NCBI RefSeq assembly: GCF_006345805.1
Contig: NC_043011.1
Coordinates: 15,946,464-16,010,463 of the forward strand
Length of the DNA stretch: 64,000 bases
Reading direction: 5' to 3'
Origin: Octopus sinensis
Taxonomy: Eukaryota
Shown here: piece after piece, positions 40,234 to 53,458 of the stretch
Layout of the letters: every line of letters starts with the position of its first letter
Position numbering within the stretch: the stretch's first letter is position 1
Translations under genes and position numbers: made by a program
Notes under the pieces: model-generated
Told to the model about the DNA's origin: nothing
What the model saw: the letters and a program-made list of their open reading frames with translations, nothing else
Databases searched by the model: none

Positions 40234-41453
40234 TTGGGTTGTCCGGAAAGTTCGTGCCGATTTTAAAGGAAAGAAAAAGGTCAATAAATACTTGCCATTA
40301 CATTTTTAATCAACCAAATGCGTCTCCATCTTTCCTTTAACTTGAAAATACCCTTTTCCCAGAATTGAGGTGGTTTCATGGCAAACAATTTTACGTCATC
40401 CAAGGAGTTGAAATTTTTACCATTAAGACTATTCTGCAGAAACCTGAATAAGTGGAAATCCGAAGGAGCAATATCTGGTGAATATGGATGGTAGGGTAAC
40501 ACATCCAAGCCTAGCTGCAGCAGTTTTTTTCTGGTTCCCAAAGAAACGTACGGTCTTGCATTATCATGTTGGAAAACAACACCCTTCCTGTTGGCAATTC
40601 TGGACGTTTCTCTTGAATTGCTGCTTTTAATTCGTTCAGTTGTGTGCAGTATTTCTCAGAATTAATTGTCTGGTTACTTGGGAGAAGCTCATAGTAGATA
40701 ATCCCTTTCCAATGCCCCCAGACACAGAGCAAGACTTTTTGAGGGTGAAGACCCGCTTTTGAGATGGCTAGGGGTGTCTCATGTTTCTTACTCCATGATC
40801 ACTTTCGCTGAACATTTCGGTAGATAATCCATTTCTCATCGCCTCTCACAATTTGCATTATAAAAGGCACGTTTTCATTCTGTTTATAAAGCGAATCACC
40901 GATGGAAATGCGATCCAAAATGTTCTTCTCACTCAACTCATGTGGTACCCAAATATCGTAGCGATTTCTGTACCCAAGCTCTACCAGGTGCTCATGAACG
41001 ACGGATTTTGAGAGGTTGAGGTTTTCTGCCAATTCTCGGGTTGTGCAATGAGGGTTGTTCTCAATTAATGACTTGATTTGGTCATCATCTGTAGTGGGTG
41101 GTCTGTCTGATCGCTCTTTAACAATAAGGCTACAATATCCAGCTCGGAACCTTGCGAACCACCTCCGTACAGTTCTTTCGGATAAAGAAACATCACTGTT
41201 TGCTGCGCATATTTCCCTTTACGGAAAAAGAAAAGCTTCAAGTGTTGAAAAGGAACTCTCTTATCTTCCATTTTAAAAGGTTACAGAATTTACACAGATT
41301 ATAGGAACATAAACCTTCTTCCACGAAAAGATAGCTTAAACTGTGCTCTAAATGGAGGTGTAGTCAAATCCTATTTTATGAACTCAACCATGTTCTAAAA
41401 TAAGTTGAAAGATAAGCTACTATAAATCGGCAAGAACTTTTCGGACAACCCAA
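40234..41453 (-). mobile_element. Near full-length mariner transposon, transposase pseudogene
   Basis: ~30-bp TIRs ttgggttgtccggaaagttcgtgccgattt / aaatcggcaagaacttttcggacaacccaa with TA on both sides; frameshifted ORFs carry WVPHEL, GDEKW and HPYSPDIAPSDFHLF. Confidence 0.95.
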
Positions 41454-42274
41454 TATAGTCAAACACTGGGTGGCTACCATTGAGATGCCTGTCCAAGGCT
41501 AAACAACAATCAATTGGGATTAATCATTTACATTATTTGGGAATGGTGTCACATGTCTGTTGGGAATTAGTGTACCTAAGTAGAATATAAGCTTTCGATC
41601 GAAACAGTACTTCATCTAAAATAAAGACATGAACATTTTAGGGACTTAATAGAATTTCTTTATTGAACGATTTGGGATTGGAGGATTTATCCATTTGAAT
41701 AAGGTATGTAGATTTATCTGAAGTTCTTTGCTTACATTGATTAAAGCCTTTGCTTGTCACATTGATCAGACTATGTTGTTCAACAATTACAATTTGATCT
41801 TTGTTTTTGAGAAAATAAAATATATTCGACAGTTATTTTCGATAAGAATCAGAATTCATAATACGTTGTTTTGAAATGTTTTTCGACAAGGTTATGTTTA
41901 TTCAATGTGGTTTTAAGAAATTACTATAGCCAGTGTCAGCTGGTCCTGAATATTGAACATAAATTAAAATCTTCATTTGCATGTTGCGAAAATTAAAATG
42001 CAACAGCTTGCGATAGAATAAAATAATTTTAATCGTTTCGCGTTCTTTTCGTAAAAATACAAAAGAAATTATAACTAAGTGAAACTGTAACACGCACACA
42101 CACACACACACACACTTACACACACGTATGTGTATACAAAGGCGCATATGCAAATGCACGCACACACGCGAATACACATACACAAAGATACATAAACATA
42201 CAATTATATATGTCTTTAAACCTCTGCTGAATATAAAAATAAAACCTATGCTTGATAATTCAATGAGGATAGAT

Positions 42275-42299
42275 GATTGGGATAATAATAATAATAATG

Positions 42300-42355
<56 letters not shown>
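42275..42355. repeat. (AAT)n microsatellite
   Basis: Direct reading. Confidence 0.95.
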
Positions 42356-42574
42356 TTATAGTTTACTAACAAAACAGTTTTACAGTGTATGTTTCATTGA
42401 AAGGAAACCTAGCATTGTGTAAGTTCATCTGACATCACAAACAATAAACTTTTTTGTTTTGTTTATTTTTGTATTTCGCGTCAGTTAAGTCATTCCTTAC
42501 ATCATTTTATTTCTGCTATTGAAAAGTCTGAACCGGGTTTGTTTCTTTGTATATTTTCTTTAATTTCCTGTCAG

Positions 42575-42664
42575 TATCCATGGTTACTGGATCATGGAGT
42601 CTGTGAAAGGAGAAAGGAGCTGGTGAATTCACTAGTGAGCCGTACATCAATAGGTGAACTAACA

Positions 42665-42670
<6 letters not shown>
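42575..42670 (+). CDS. Candidate terminal coding exon
   Basis: Polypyrimidine tract plus CAG at 42572-74. Phase-2 reading gives IHGYWIMESVKGERSW* (stop 42626); phase-0 reading gives YPWLLDHGVCERRKELVNSLVSRTSIGELTE* (stop 42670). Unidentified. Confidence 0.3.

Positions 42671-42726
<56 letters not shown>
42667..42726. repeat. (GTA)n microsatellite
   Basis: Direct reading. Confidence 0.95.
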
Positions 42727-43397
42727 ACAGCAGTAGTTGTAGAGGTTGTTACTGTCATATTCAGTTTAGTTACCACCTGCATTAACATATTAACATTTCG
42801 ATTACCATCAGCAGCATGCAACCAGTGCAGTCATCGCAGTGAATTTTGCCGAAAGAGGGAAAAAAAAAAGAATCATAAACTAAGCAACCCGAACGAAATA
42901 AATATAAACTGCTCTGAAGCATTGGAAAGACGAACTCCTTATGAAAGAATCTAATCAAATCTTGATGGAAGCCAAATCAAATTTCTTTTATATAACGAAC
43001 AACACAATATAGCATTGTCCTACTTCGGAAACACAATATATTGTATTGCCAAATCAATAAAACCTAACCGTGTTGACTCTCCGATTGATTCTGGCTGTTT
43101 TGTTGTTGTTATGATTATTGTTTTTGTTCTGTTAGTATGGAATACAAGGACTACTTTGAATTAATACACTGTGACAGTTGGTGTTTCCATATAAGATATT
43201 GCAGCGAACAGCCCATATTCTCTTTCACTTCTTACGTCTACAATTGCATGCTGTGAAAAAGAGAAAAGAGAAAAAAAAAAAGATGTGTGGTCAACAGTCT
43301 GCAAAATTGCATCTTTTTGGCTTTCTTTCAGCATATAAAATGTGAATGTACCTTCGGATTGATTCATATGCTCATACATATACTAATGGAACTTTAA

Positions 43398-43640
43398 GGC
43401 GGCGAGCTGGCAGAATCGTTAGAAACGCCGGGCGAAATGCTTTGCGGAAGTTCTTCCGCCGCTGCGTTCTGAGTTCAAATTCCACCGAGGTCGACTTTGC
43501 CTTTCATCCTTTTGGGGGTCGATAAATTAAGTACCAGTTACACACTGGGGTCGTTGTAATTGTTTGTCTGTCTTTGTAATTCGTTTGTCTGTCTTTGTTT
43601 GTCCCCCCTATGTTTAGCCCCTTGTGGGTAATAAGAAAAC
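43398..43640 (+). mobile_element. SINE family 2, monomeric
   Basis: GGCGGCGAGCTGGCAGAATCGTTAG...GAGTTCAAATTCC...GCCTTTCATCCTTTTGGGGGTCGATAAA...GCCCCTTGTGGG. Confidence 0.9.
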
Positions 43641-43807
43641 ATATACTAATGGAAAGAATCAGTCGTATGTGTATGCGCAAGAGTTGTGCTGGTCCCGCAC
43701 TACAGATATTTTTAAAAGCCTAGTATTTATTCTATCGGTTTATTTTGCTGAACTGCTACATTTCGTGGAAATTAATACACCAACACCTGTATATATATAT
43801 ATATATA

Positions 43808-44020
43808 TATTCAGATAAATATGGTACTTAAGTTGAGCTACCAGAATTTAGTACGGTATTATTCTTACAATTTCAAAGTAAGAGAATTAAAATCAAAATA
43901 AGTAACAAGGAAATTTAGAGGTAATGCAGTACGATTGTTTCATGCAACTGCATTTAATTAAACAATGCAATCATTGCCTCAATTTAAAATGGAGAGTAAT
44001 CTTCAGCTGCACAAAGACAT
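43808..44020 (-). mobile_element. PLE-type terminal repeat with type I hammerhead (43924-44012)
   Basis: Minus strand GTGCAG CTGAAGA...GAAA CAATCG TA CTGCAT; 3' end abuts (TA)n; same family at 45467-45645. Confidence 0.75.
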
Positions 44021-44349
44021 AGAATTTAATTAAATTTGAACAAATGGACATATTAGTATAACTATACATAAAATCTCCAAGAAGTTAAGGAGATAGACAA
44101 AGAACATGCTGTCTCACTCCCGCATAGAATTTACTAAGTTTTCAAGAAGATATACATAGTTACGGACTCTACCTATCACTAATTTTTTATGAGGTCAGTT
44201 TTAATTTATAAACTACTTATCAAATCCCTTGTATATCTAAGGCTGAGAGAACAGAGGACAGCATTTGTTAGGGTTAGGGCTGAGGGAGAAGACATACATC
44301 ATAATATACGAATAAATCAATAATATCCGAATAAGCCAATAATATCCGA

Positions 44350-44810
44350 AGGAAGTCGACTCACACGCCTTAATTTCGCAAACATCCATGCTCAATGGAC
44401 TGCTGAAGAATGGTGCAGGGTCCTTTGGCGTGACAAGTCACGCTTCTGTAAGCACACGTCAGACGTCACCCTACCGAGGAATTCTATCCGAAATGCGTGA
44501 AAAAGACGGCGCAAGCGGGGTTGGGGATGTAATGGTATTGGCGGCACTTGGTAGCTTTGGTGTTGGCCCTCTAGTTAAAGTTGGTGGAAAACTAAATAGT
44601 GAAGGTTATATGAATTTACTAAAGGATAATGCTGCGTCATATTTGACTCACCAAATGCCTCCAAGGTCTATTTATCAGCAGGACAATAGTCCTGTGCACA
44701 AAGCCAAAAAGTTATGGAATTATTTGATCACCATAATATTGACGTAATCGAATGGCCTCCCCAGAGCCTGGACCTGAATCCGATTAAGAACTTGTGGAAT
44801 TGTGTAAATT
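44350..44810 (+). pseudogene. Tc1-family transposase fragment
   Basis: VMV.AA.G..GVGPLVKV.GKLNSEGY...YQQDNSPVHKAK, then after a frameshift IEWPPQSLDLNPIKNLW. Confidence 0.85.
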
Positions 44811-45411
44811 GTGCGCACTCTCCTTCTTATATATTTTTTCAGTATACCTCGCCACGTGGGGATAGTCGAAATTCTTTTCCGCACTTTTATGACCACACAC
44901 ACGCACATGCTTGAATTTGGTACGCCTTTATTCCATCCGTGACAGAGATTTCAGTATTCGATAATACGCAATGTCATACTGTTGTTTTAGTACGTAGTTG
45001 CATTGCATGATGGCTGGATGCATTAACAAAAAACCTTCAACCAGATAAACGAAAATGCAGTAATTTAATGTAAATATCCGAGAGGTTCAAGGCTGGAAAG
45101 ACGATAGTAGGAAGTGAGGATAATGACCACCACAACCATAAATAGGGATTAGTGTTGGTAAATTTCAGGGTAAACATGTGATATTTTAAGAGGGGAGATG
45201 AGTGGTTGAGTACATAACACGTAGTGTGTTGGCCAAAGCATTTTGGGCATAATAAATGAACATTAGCCGGTTTCATGGCGTTACAAATGATAACGGTGTC
45301 AGGCCGCATATCCACATGCATACGTACAAGGGTACAGACACACACTAACACACTTGCATTCTCACCCGCTCTCCTACAGCTGCACGTCAAAACAGACTCA
45401 TACACATACAT

Positions 45412-45466
<55 letters not shown>

Positions 45467-45467
<1 letters not shown>

Positions 45468-45645
45468 AAATAAGCAACAAGGATATCCAGACGTAATGCA
45501 GTACGATCGTTTCATGCAACGATCGTGCTGCATTCCCTCTGTATATCCTTGTTGCTTTTCTATTTTAATCACCATACTTTGAAATTGTATGGATAATACC
45601 GTACTAAATTCTGTTGCCTTAATTTAAATACCATATTCATATGAA
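45467..45645. mobile_element. Head-to-head inverted fragments of the 43.8-kb hammerhead repeat family
   Basis: 45467-45519 is the minus-strand 3' half (GAAA CGATCG TA CTGCATT); 45518-45645 is the plus-strand copy; microsatellites on both sides. Confidence 0.75.
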
Positions 45646-45656
45646 ACTAAATGTTT

Positions 45657-45690
<34 letters not shown>

Positions 45691-45715
45691 AGATATATAT
45701 ATATATAATATATAT

Positions 45716-45749
<34 letters not shown>

Positions 45750-46403
45750 CAAATGGGACTTGTTGGTTTTTTAAAAACCATTAAAGAAATTATTTACTCT
45801 TATTATTATATTACTAATTGGAATTTTAACTTCCTTACGACAACCCTTATTTTTGTAATGCGCATAGTAAACTTTTGGAGGGAAAATTTGCGAATTCAAC
45901 TGTCTATTTAGGTTTAGCCTATGCTCGCTTTCTTCCACTCTTTTGATGTCGCCTGGTCAGAAGGATGTGTGTAGCATTTGATAAATCTATTTTTATGGAG
46001 AGTTGCGCTGATGAAAGATATGAAATTATATTTCTGACCTAGAAACATGTTCGCAAATGACCATTAGACTTTGTTTTCGTTATTGTTTCCTGTTTTGCAT
46101 ATGTGAATTACAGGGATATGTCGTATGTGGAGTCACATTTGTAGAAAATAGAAATAAACAGTCTATGGTTGCCATTTCTATTTTTTTGGTATGCGGCCAA
46201 GCAACATGTTGCCTGCCCCTTTTATATATACACTGATATATATACACAATATATATACACTGAATATATACACAATATATATACACTGAACTTTACAGAA
46301 GTTCCTATCATTAATGGTTATATATACATGCCGAAATCTACCAGTAAATAATTTTTGGTGCGAGTAGAAGCGTGATAGTGATACCTCTAACAGTGGAAGT
46401 GTC

Positions 46404-46452
46404 CAGTACTGAAGAGTGGCAGAAATAGCTCGAAACGAAGATTGATCTGCTG
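46404..46452 (+). ncRNA. Type I hammerhead-like motif (stem III degenerate)
   Basis: CAGTA CTGAAGA GTGGC-loop-GCTC GAAA CGAAGATTGA TC TGCTG; stem I CAGTA/TGCTG. Confidence 0.55.
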
Positions 46453-46527
46453 CTACCGTCTCTAACGGTGGTAGGGTTCGCTCCCCTGCTCGTAATATCT
46501 CGGATGCAGCACTGCATTGATATATAT

Positions 46528-46567
<40 letters not shown>

Positions 46568-47639
46568 TTTAATGAAACAACGCAACATCTGATGGATTTC
46601 TATAATTTAAAGGAATTAACATTTAACATTTATGCATATTGAAGAAATTTTACTAACGGTGAAATAATTCACCTCTTCGTTATACTGTCACCTCCAGTCA
46701 ATCTTGAAATCCAATCCTTATATTCAGAATCAGTGAGTTTAAGTCTAGCCATTAGCTTCGTAATATGCTTCTACATAATTAACATTATATTGCCCTTTCG
46801 CACTTTTGAACGTTATTGACTTTTATTAACTTCTATTAACTGTGCTATTAACTTCTGTATTTAACTTTAATCGGATCTTATTTCAAGGCATGAAGACTTT
46901 GTATATGATTATAGATCCTCGTACTATCATATCTAAACATAGCTATGAAAATCAAAGCAATATTTAGTTAATTATATTTTATTTTAGTTTAAAAAAACTG
47001 AAAGCTTGTTTCGTAGAAATCTTTATTTCTCTGATTAGATGATTTATGTTTTCTCTTGCGTGTTCAATGGAAAGTTATTTGCCAAATAGCAAGACAAAAT
47101 ATAATTTGAAGAACGTTGTAATTTTAAATAAGTTATAAAAGTGTAATAATAATGATTGACATTAATTTGATAAGTTTCATCTGAGCCAGAGTTTGAAAAC
47201 ATTTTATTGCTGAGCTACCCACTCATCTAGGGAATTGTGGAACGGCGTTTCTAAATTAGGCTAAGCAAATGTATGATATGTAATAGAACTGACACTCGAC
47301 TCGAGAATAAAACTGAATTTGCTGACCAAATAGCATAATTATTTCTATGGATGTGGCCGATTACTAAATCATTATATATTCATTTCTGTGTAGTTTTGAA
47401 TATGTTTATGTTGTTTTTATATATAGCATGTAATTAGAAATGTCTTCTGAATGCCGTTTATACTGCTGGTCAGGATTGCTATATATTTGTTTGTAGGGGT
47501 GTTGTAATGTCGGCAGTATTTGTAGAGTTGGAAGGCGGCGAGCAGGCAGAAACATTAGCACGAATTTCGTTAGACGAATTTTCAGAGTTTCGAAAATCGG
47601 TGGCAGACGAGGGAGGTATGTCTGCACACTCGCCCATTC

Positions 47640-48730
47640 CTCAGCTGATATTCTGGTCAATTGGTGTGAGTGAAGTTACTCTCGGTTGCAAGGGTGTAGG
47701 ATTTACAAGTTTTTCCCGGGTATGGTACCGGTGCTTGCTGTTGATATTGTTGAGTGGATTTCTCCTGCTGCTCTTTCTGTCGAAGTTGTTGTTTTTCTTA
47801 GTCTTGGACACTGCTACTCTTGGCACTGAGACTGTTATTGTTGGTGTTGGTGATGGTAGTGCTGTTGTTTTTGTTACCGTTGCTATTGCGTTACACGTGT
47901 CTGTACCAACGGGAATTTTGTTCTCTTTCCATGGGCAGAAAACCTTTAAATGGTTTCTTTCACTACAAACGTGGCATCTAGGCATCTACTGCTTCAAATA
48001 ATGGTGTTCAATTTGGTAAGTTGATCAGTTCAGGTAATGTCTTAGATACTTTCAGGTCAGCGTTTAACTACAATTCCATGTCTCTGCCTGACCAATTCTC
48101 CTTTCCCATTTTGTGTCCTTGCAGAATATTTATTTTGGCATCTATGTCGTATAATAACATTGTTACCAGCATAGCGATGTCCACTTTTCGTGGCACTTCT
48201 ACTATTTTACTTTGAACACCCTCTGATTGAGGTATGTCGAAACTAGCCATAATTCCTCACTTTTGAGGGTGGTTATTGTGGAATTTTCCTCGACTAATTC
48301 TTTAGTCGAGAATGTTATCTCAACTGTGCCAAAGAGTCTCCAGCGCGTGACATAAGTTTTTAAAATCCGGACCTTTCTCAGCTACTTTTCGATTTGAGCC
48401 CGCGTTGCTCGCTACAGTCTCCTTATTAAAGATGTACATTTATGTATAATGGTTTTTCGCAGTATTTTTTGTACATCATCTTTTGTGTTAAGATAGACTG
48501 TTCTGCTATTCTTCGTTAAGTGCGGCTTGGAGTCGCTCGACATTTTTTGCATCAATTCCACTTTTTCTATTTTTCGGCATACTCGTGCGAAGCCGATTGC
48601 GTTCAGCTTAGAAAAAAAAAAACCTACCGCTGTTGTCGCTTCATTAATGTTTCGTGTAGTGGGAACGTTGGTAGTAGTGTGGTGTTTGGTAGAGTTGTTG
48701 GTGTTAGGTACGGAGGTAACGCATTGCATG
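47640..48730 (-). pseudogene. Degenerate gag/ORF1-like coding region of a retroelement with CCHC zinc knuckle
   Basis: CHVCSERNHLKVFC fits CX2CX4HX4C and is followed by a T/P/K-rich tail; upstream frameshifted ORF pieces at 48068-48250 and 48412-48729. Confidence 0.6.
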
Positions 48731-48802
48731 CGTCACTTAAAAATACACATTCCTCATTGCAGCTGCTGCTTCTGTTATTAATACCCTTCTTGTTATTGTT
48801 GT

Positions 48803-49189
48803 TGCTGCTGCTGTTGCTGTTGAGCGAATGGTTTTCGTCCCAGAGCTCGCAAGATGGGAGAAGTCCGAAACGTGGTCCTCTGCTATTCGTAAGACCCGCA
48901 GAAGAGAAAGCAGGTCAACCCCCGACACCGAGAGCATCGACGGATGGATGAATGCGCATCCAGGCTCAGCGGTTGCGTACGAAGTCGGGGACAAGAAACA
49001 GGAAGCAAGAGTGAGAGAAAGTTGGGACGAAAGAGTACAACAGGGGTCGCCACCACCGCCTGCCGGAGCCTCGTGGAGCTTTAGGTGTTTTCGCTCAATA
49101 AACACACACAACGCGCGGTCTGGGGATCGAAACCGCGATCCTCCGACTACGTGTCCACTGCCCTAACCACTGGGCCATTGCGCCTCCAC
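48803..49189 (-). mobile_element. tRNA-derived SINE family 3 with (CAA/CAG)n tail
   Basis: Minus-strand head TGGCCCAGTGGTTAGGG (A box)...GGTTTCGATCCC (B box); GC-rich body; trinucleotide tail. Confidence 0.85.
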
Positions 49190-49554
49190 TGTTGTTGCTG
49201 TTGCCTCTGTTACTGTTTCTCTTGTTGATATCTATTGTTTTTCTACCGCTGTCTGTGCTTCGTTTTTTGAACACAGCGATTAGTGATGGACAAACAATGT
49301 CATAGAGGTTACTCCAACAACTATTGCTTACCTGGATTTGGAAAACCAAGTTGATGCTTTTGTTTTAAAATATTAAATTTGCAATTTTATATGGCGAAAT
49401 GTACCCTTAAAGGGCGAATTCTGGGATATGTAGAATACCAATATTTGAAATACCAAGAAAACTTATGAGCCATGAACTAGTTTTCACTCCATCATAACAC
49501 AAATAATAAGAAGAAGAAAGAGGCTTCTAAATTTGGAATCTGTCGCAATATATT

Positions 49555-50152
49555 TATTTATTGCTCATAGGGGCTAAATATATAGGAGACAAACAAGGAC
49601 AGAGAAAGGGACTGAGTCAATTACATCGATTCCAATGCGTAACTGGTACTTATTTAATCGACCCCGAAAGGATGAAAGGCAAAGTGGGCCTCGGTGGAAT
49701 TTGAACTCAGAACGTAACGGCAGACGAAATAACGCTAAGCATTTTGCCCCGCGTGCTAATGATTCTTCATTATTTTCTACTCTAGGCACAAGGCCTGAAA
49801 TTTTGGGGAAGGGGACCAGTCGATTATATCCACCCCAGTACGTAACTGGTACTTAATTTATCAACACCGAAAGGATGAAAGGTAAAGTCGACCTCAGAAC
49901 GTAGCGGCAGATTAAATACCTATTTCTTTACTACCCACAAGGGGCTAAACACAGAGGGGACAAACAAGGACAGAAAAACGGATTAAGTAGATTACATCGA
50001 CCTCAGTGCTTAACTGGTACTTAATTTATCGACTCCGAAATGATGAAAGGTGAAGTCAACCTGGGCGGAATTTGAACTCAGAACGTAGCGGCAGACGAAA
50101 TACCGCTGAGCATTTCGCCCGGCGTGCTAACGTTCCTGCCAGCTTGCTGTCT
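49555..50152 (-). mobile_element. SINE family 2 cluster (dimeric copy plus adjacent monomer)
   Basis: Three copies of the central aactggtact..tttatc....gaaaggatgaaagg block; head at 50100-50152. Confidence 0.88.
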
Positions 50153-53100
50153 TCTTCCGCAATATATTATTAAATGCATATAAGAGTGTAAATTGAAATA
50201 ATAAATCAGTATCAATGGATAATTCCAAGATACACGCGGTATGTGAGGTAACGTTTAAATTATTATTAATACTTGGCTAGATCAAGGCTTTCCATTCTTT
50301 CTCAAAAGAAAAAAAAAACACTTGGGCAGAATTTGAAATAGTGAAAAGAGTGTCGTTAACATTTCAGAAGTATTTACGAGAGAAATACCTGAGCTGTGAC
50401 TGATAGGCTTTCTGTGGAGCATACCATTTTAGGAAGAAACCATATAAGATTTTCTTTACTACATGTATAAAATTGTTTGATATTCATTTTCTTGTGTATT
50501 GAACCTGTAGTATTCGCATAATTGTTGTTATTGTATCCAATGTACTATAAGCAAACCGTTATATATCCGATATTTTGTAAGATATAAAAGATACATCGAT
50601 AACTTCAATACGTTTAATAACTTTAGCTGTCGTTAATGGTCTGTCGCTATTAAATGCAAAGAGTTTGTGACCTACTGGAACGTATAAGAGGACTTCAGAT
50701 AGATTGAATTATATATATTAGACTTTATATAGCAGCATAATGGCACATTTAATTGAAATTCTTGTATGTATTTGACATATGTCTTTCGAAATTTGTGAAT
50801 CGGAAAATCACGGGATGATATATTATATCTGAGAGAAAATGTCAGCTAACACAGTAAAATATGCACATATACATAGGCATATTCGCGCTGATACATTTGC
50901 TAATAAACCCTTCGCACATCGTACTCCAAGCACAAACATTAACGGATCTAATGCTTCTTTCGGCTAGCGGGAAGTAAGTTTATTAAGGTAACTACCATAC
51001 TTATTGTAATATATGTCACTGATCATAACAAAGACATGTGCACCCTTAAATAAAATTATAGCTGGTTGTATGCATTACAGGCCTAATGCATTCGAAGACT
51101 GTACAGTTCCTAGAATACCAATTTCAATCATAATCATTGGACTGAACAAACCTGGAAACTGAGAAGATGTGAAAATTCTTAATATCTAAGTAATGCACCC
51201 ATTCTTCAAACGTTTTAGTTCTATTGAAATCTTTTGGAGTCCTAGGTAAAATGCCTAGCAGAAAAACTGCCCCTATTACAACTAATTTTACAGCATGTAG
51301 TCAACGACATATACCCGTGTTTACGTATTGACAAATCCTCTGCAAGACACCAAAGCTGCAAATCTCCCAAAATATATGTAGATGTGAGGGTATATGCCTG
51401 TCTATGTGTTTGCCGGCGCTCGCATGAACGTGTATAATTGAGTATGTAAGGTCACTCTTAATACTACTGGTAACATGTAACCATCTACATCCGCATGTTT
51501 AGGTCGTCGGTTACTAATCGGGTAACGCTATGAAGCTTGCTTGGTAATGAGAATAAGTTTAGTTGGAAACATCGAGGATGAAATAGGGAACTTGTCAAAG
51601 GACCGATGCAAATGTTTGAGCCAAAGACTGAGCTGTTTAGCTGTTGTTTAGACATCCCTCTGGAACGAGAACAGCCCTGATGTAACACACGAGACTTCAG
51701 TTGCATCAAATGATGGAGACTAGTTCTTCATTTTAATTAAATACATAGATTGCCGTGCGAGTGGGAATAGCTATGTCCACGGTCTTTACTCACGTTGAAA
51801 CCCTTCTGGTGAAAGCATCACCGGATTTTTGACAATTCTATTAACTGCTACAAACGAAAAATATTAAAGAGTAAATGAGAATTTAAATGATGAAATACAG
51901 GTATGCGTCAGCGTAGGAGATAATTTCCCTGAACATATGTTACGAGAATCACCCATCGTTGCCACATCCTTGCAAATGTTTTGAGATTGTAGATCTAGAA
52001 AAAAAAAACACATCAGCGTCGAATTGAGAGACGAATGAGACCATAGTGTTGATAAATTTGTAGCCATCGTGTATGTGTGTGTGAGCACGCGCATCATACA
52101 CACACACACACACACACCCACACACGCACACACACACATACACACACACACAAATACACATACATGTAGATACATATACTAGTCGTTGTGCGCTTAGAAG
52201 TTTCCTTTCTAAACTAAGGATTCCGAGGTATAGCTTCCTCTGCATGTATTTAGGTAACTTCGCATAGAACTTTTACTGGACGCATCAGTAAGCAACTGGA
52301 GCATAACCTTTTTACTAAACATAATAAATTTGCTTTTTTGTGTTGGTTATGCTCAGAGACAGTTATATTTTTATATATGCGTCTACATGATACCTTTGGA
52401 ACTCAACCGTGAGTCACTATAATATGCTAAATAAAAGGTACTAGAGCATAGCCTCTAACGTAACACATGAATTATGTTGAGGGGCAAAAATATGCGTTTC
52501 TATATCTTTATACTTGTGCGCAAATATTGATGTTATGTAACCTTACAATGCAGCTGCTTATTAATAATAATTCATAAATTACTTTTTTGTGAATCACACA
52601 GTTGTATTATGTAATCGTAATGTATCTCAAGTTGTGAAGAAGACGTTCTCACTCCAGATTAAACTTGTTACTTAACAAGTAACATGAAATATACAATCAG
52701 TTTATCGTACATGATATTATAGTTTCGATGCTATGTCTGTCATCAACTGTCTGGCAGTTAACAGTATCTCGTTTTGTACAATTTATGAAATCTGTACGTA
52801 AAATTTGTCAAACTATTCGTGACGAAATTCGCTGACGGTGTTGCAGGTACAGCGTACACATCGGCTTCCACATAGTTAGCGCCCACGTAGTATCTCTTAT
52901 AATGCTTGCGGCAGCACGAAGGTTTGAAAGAATGCACTCATAACTGCGAAGTGAATGCGAACTCCTTATACACTTTAACATGACTGCGTCCATATTGTTA
53001 CACCGAAGAGTAAGTTCGAACTAAAAAGGACATTATATTAACTTAGTTAAAATAAGACATGCGAATATATTTCAGTGCAATTTAATTGCCTGGTATCGTA

Positions 53101-53458
53101 ACCAAAGAGGAAAATAGAATAAATTGGCAAATATTGGTAACTTCAAATATTGGCTACATTATCTACAGACACACACTGACAAATGCACACACGCACACAC
53201 TGATAAATACACACACACAGGCACACACACAGTCACTCTCTCTGTCTCTGTCTCTCTCTGATAATCACGGAAATTCCTTTTCCTTTGTATCTGACTCACA
53301 TAGACAGACGCCCACCGACAGCGATATACTTATTAAGCAGACACGATATACGCCGGCAGCGAGAATTTATATAGCTTGTTAACAAGCAATTATTCGATAC
53401 TTTAAAGGAGGAAAATGTATTAGATCACGAGATAACGAAGTAGAAAATTTACTGTATT

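Noticed and set aside
45260-45310. Minus-strand CTGAC...CGTTA/TAACG...GAAA CCGG motif
   Set aside because: Core incomplete and no stem I; at best a deleted relic.
43808-45645. Long inverted repeats flanking the Tc1 fragment as its TIRs
   Set aside because: The arms belong to a hammerhead-bearing repeat that also occurs in both orientations at 45467-45645; no Tc1-type CAGT termini.
49100-49189. tRNA gene
   Set aside because: A/B boxes are present but there is no acceptor stem or terminator; it continues into a SINE body. The same applies to the other SINE heads.
52808-52993. GC-richer minus-strand ORF as an exon
   Set aside because: No convincing splice-site pair or recognisable motif.
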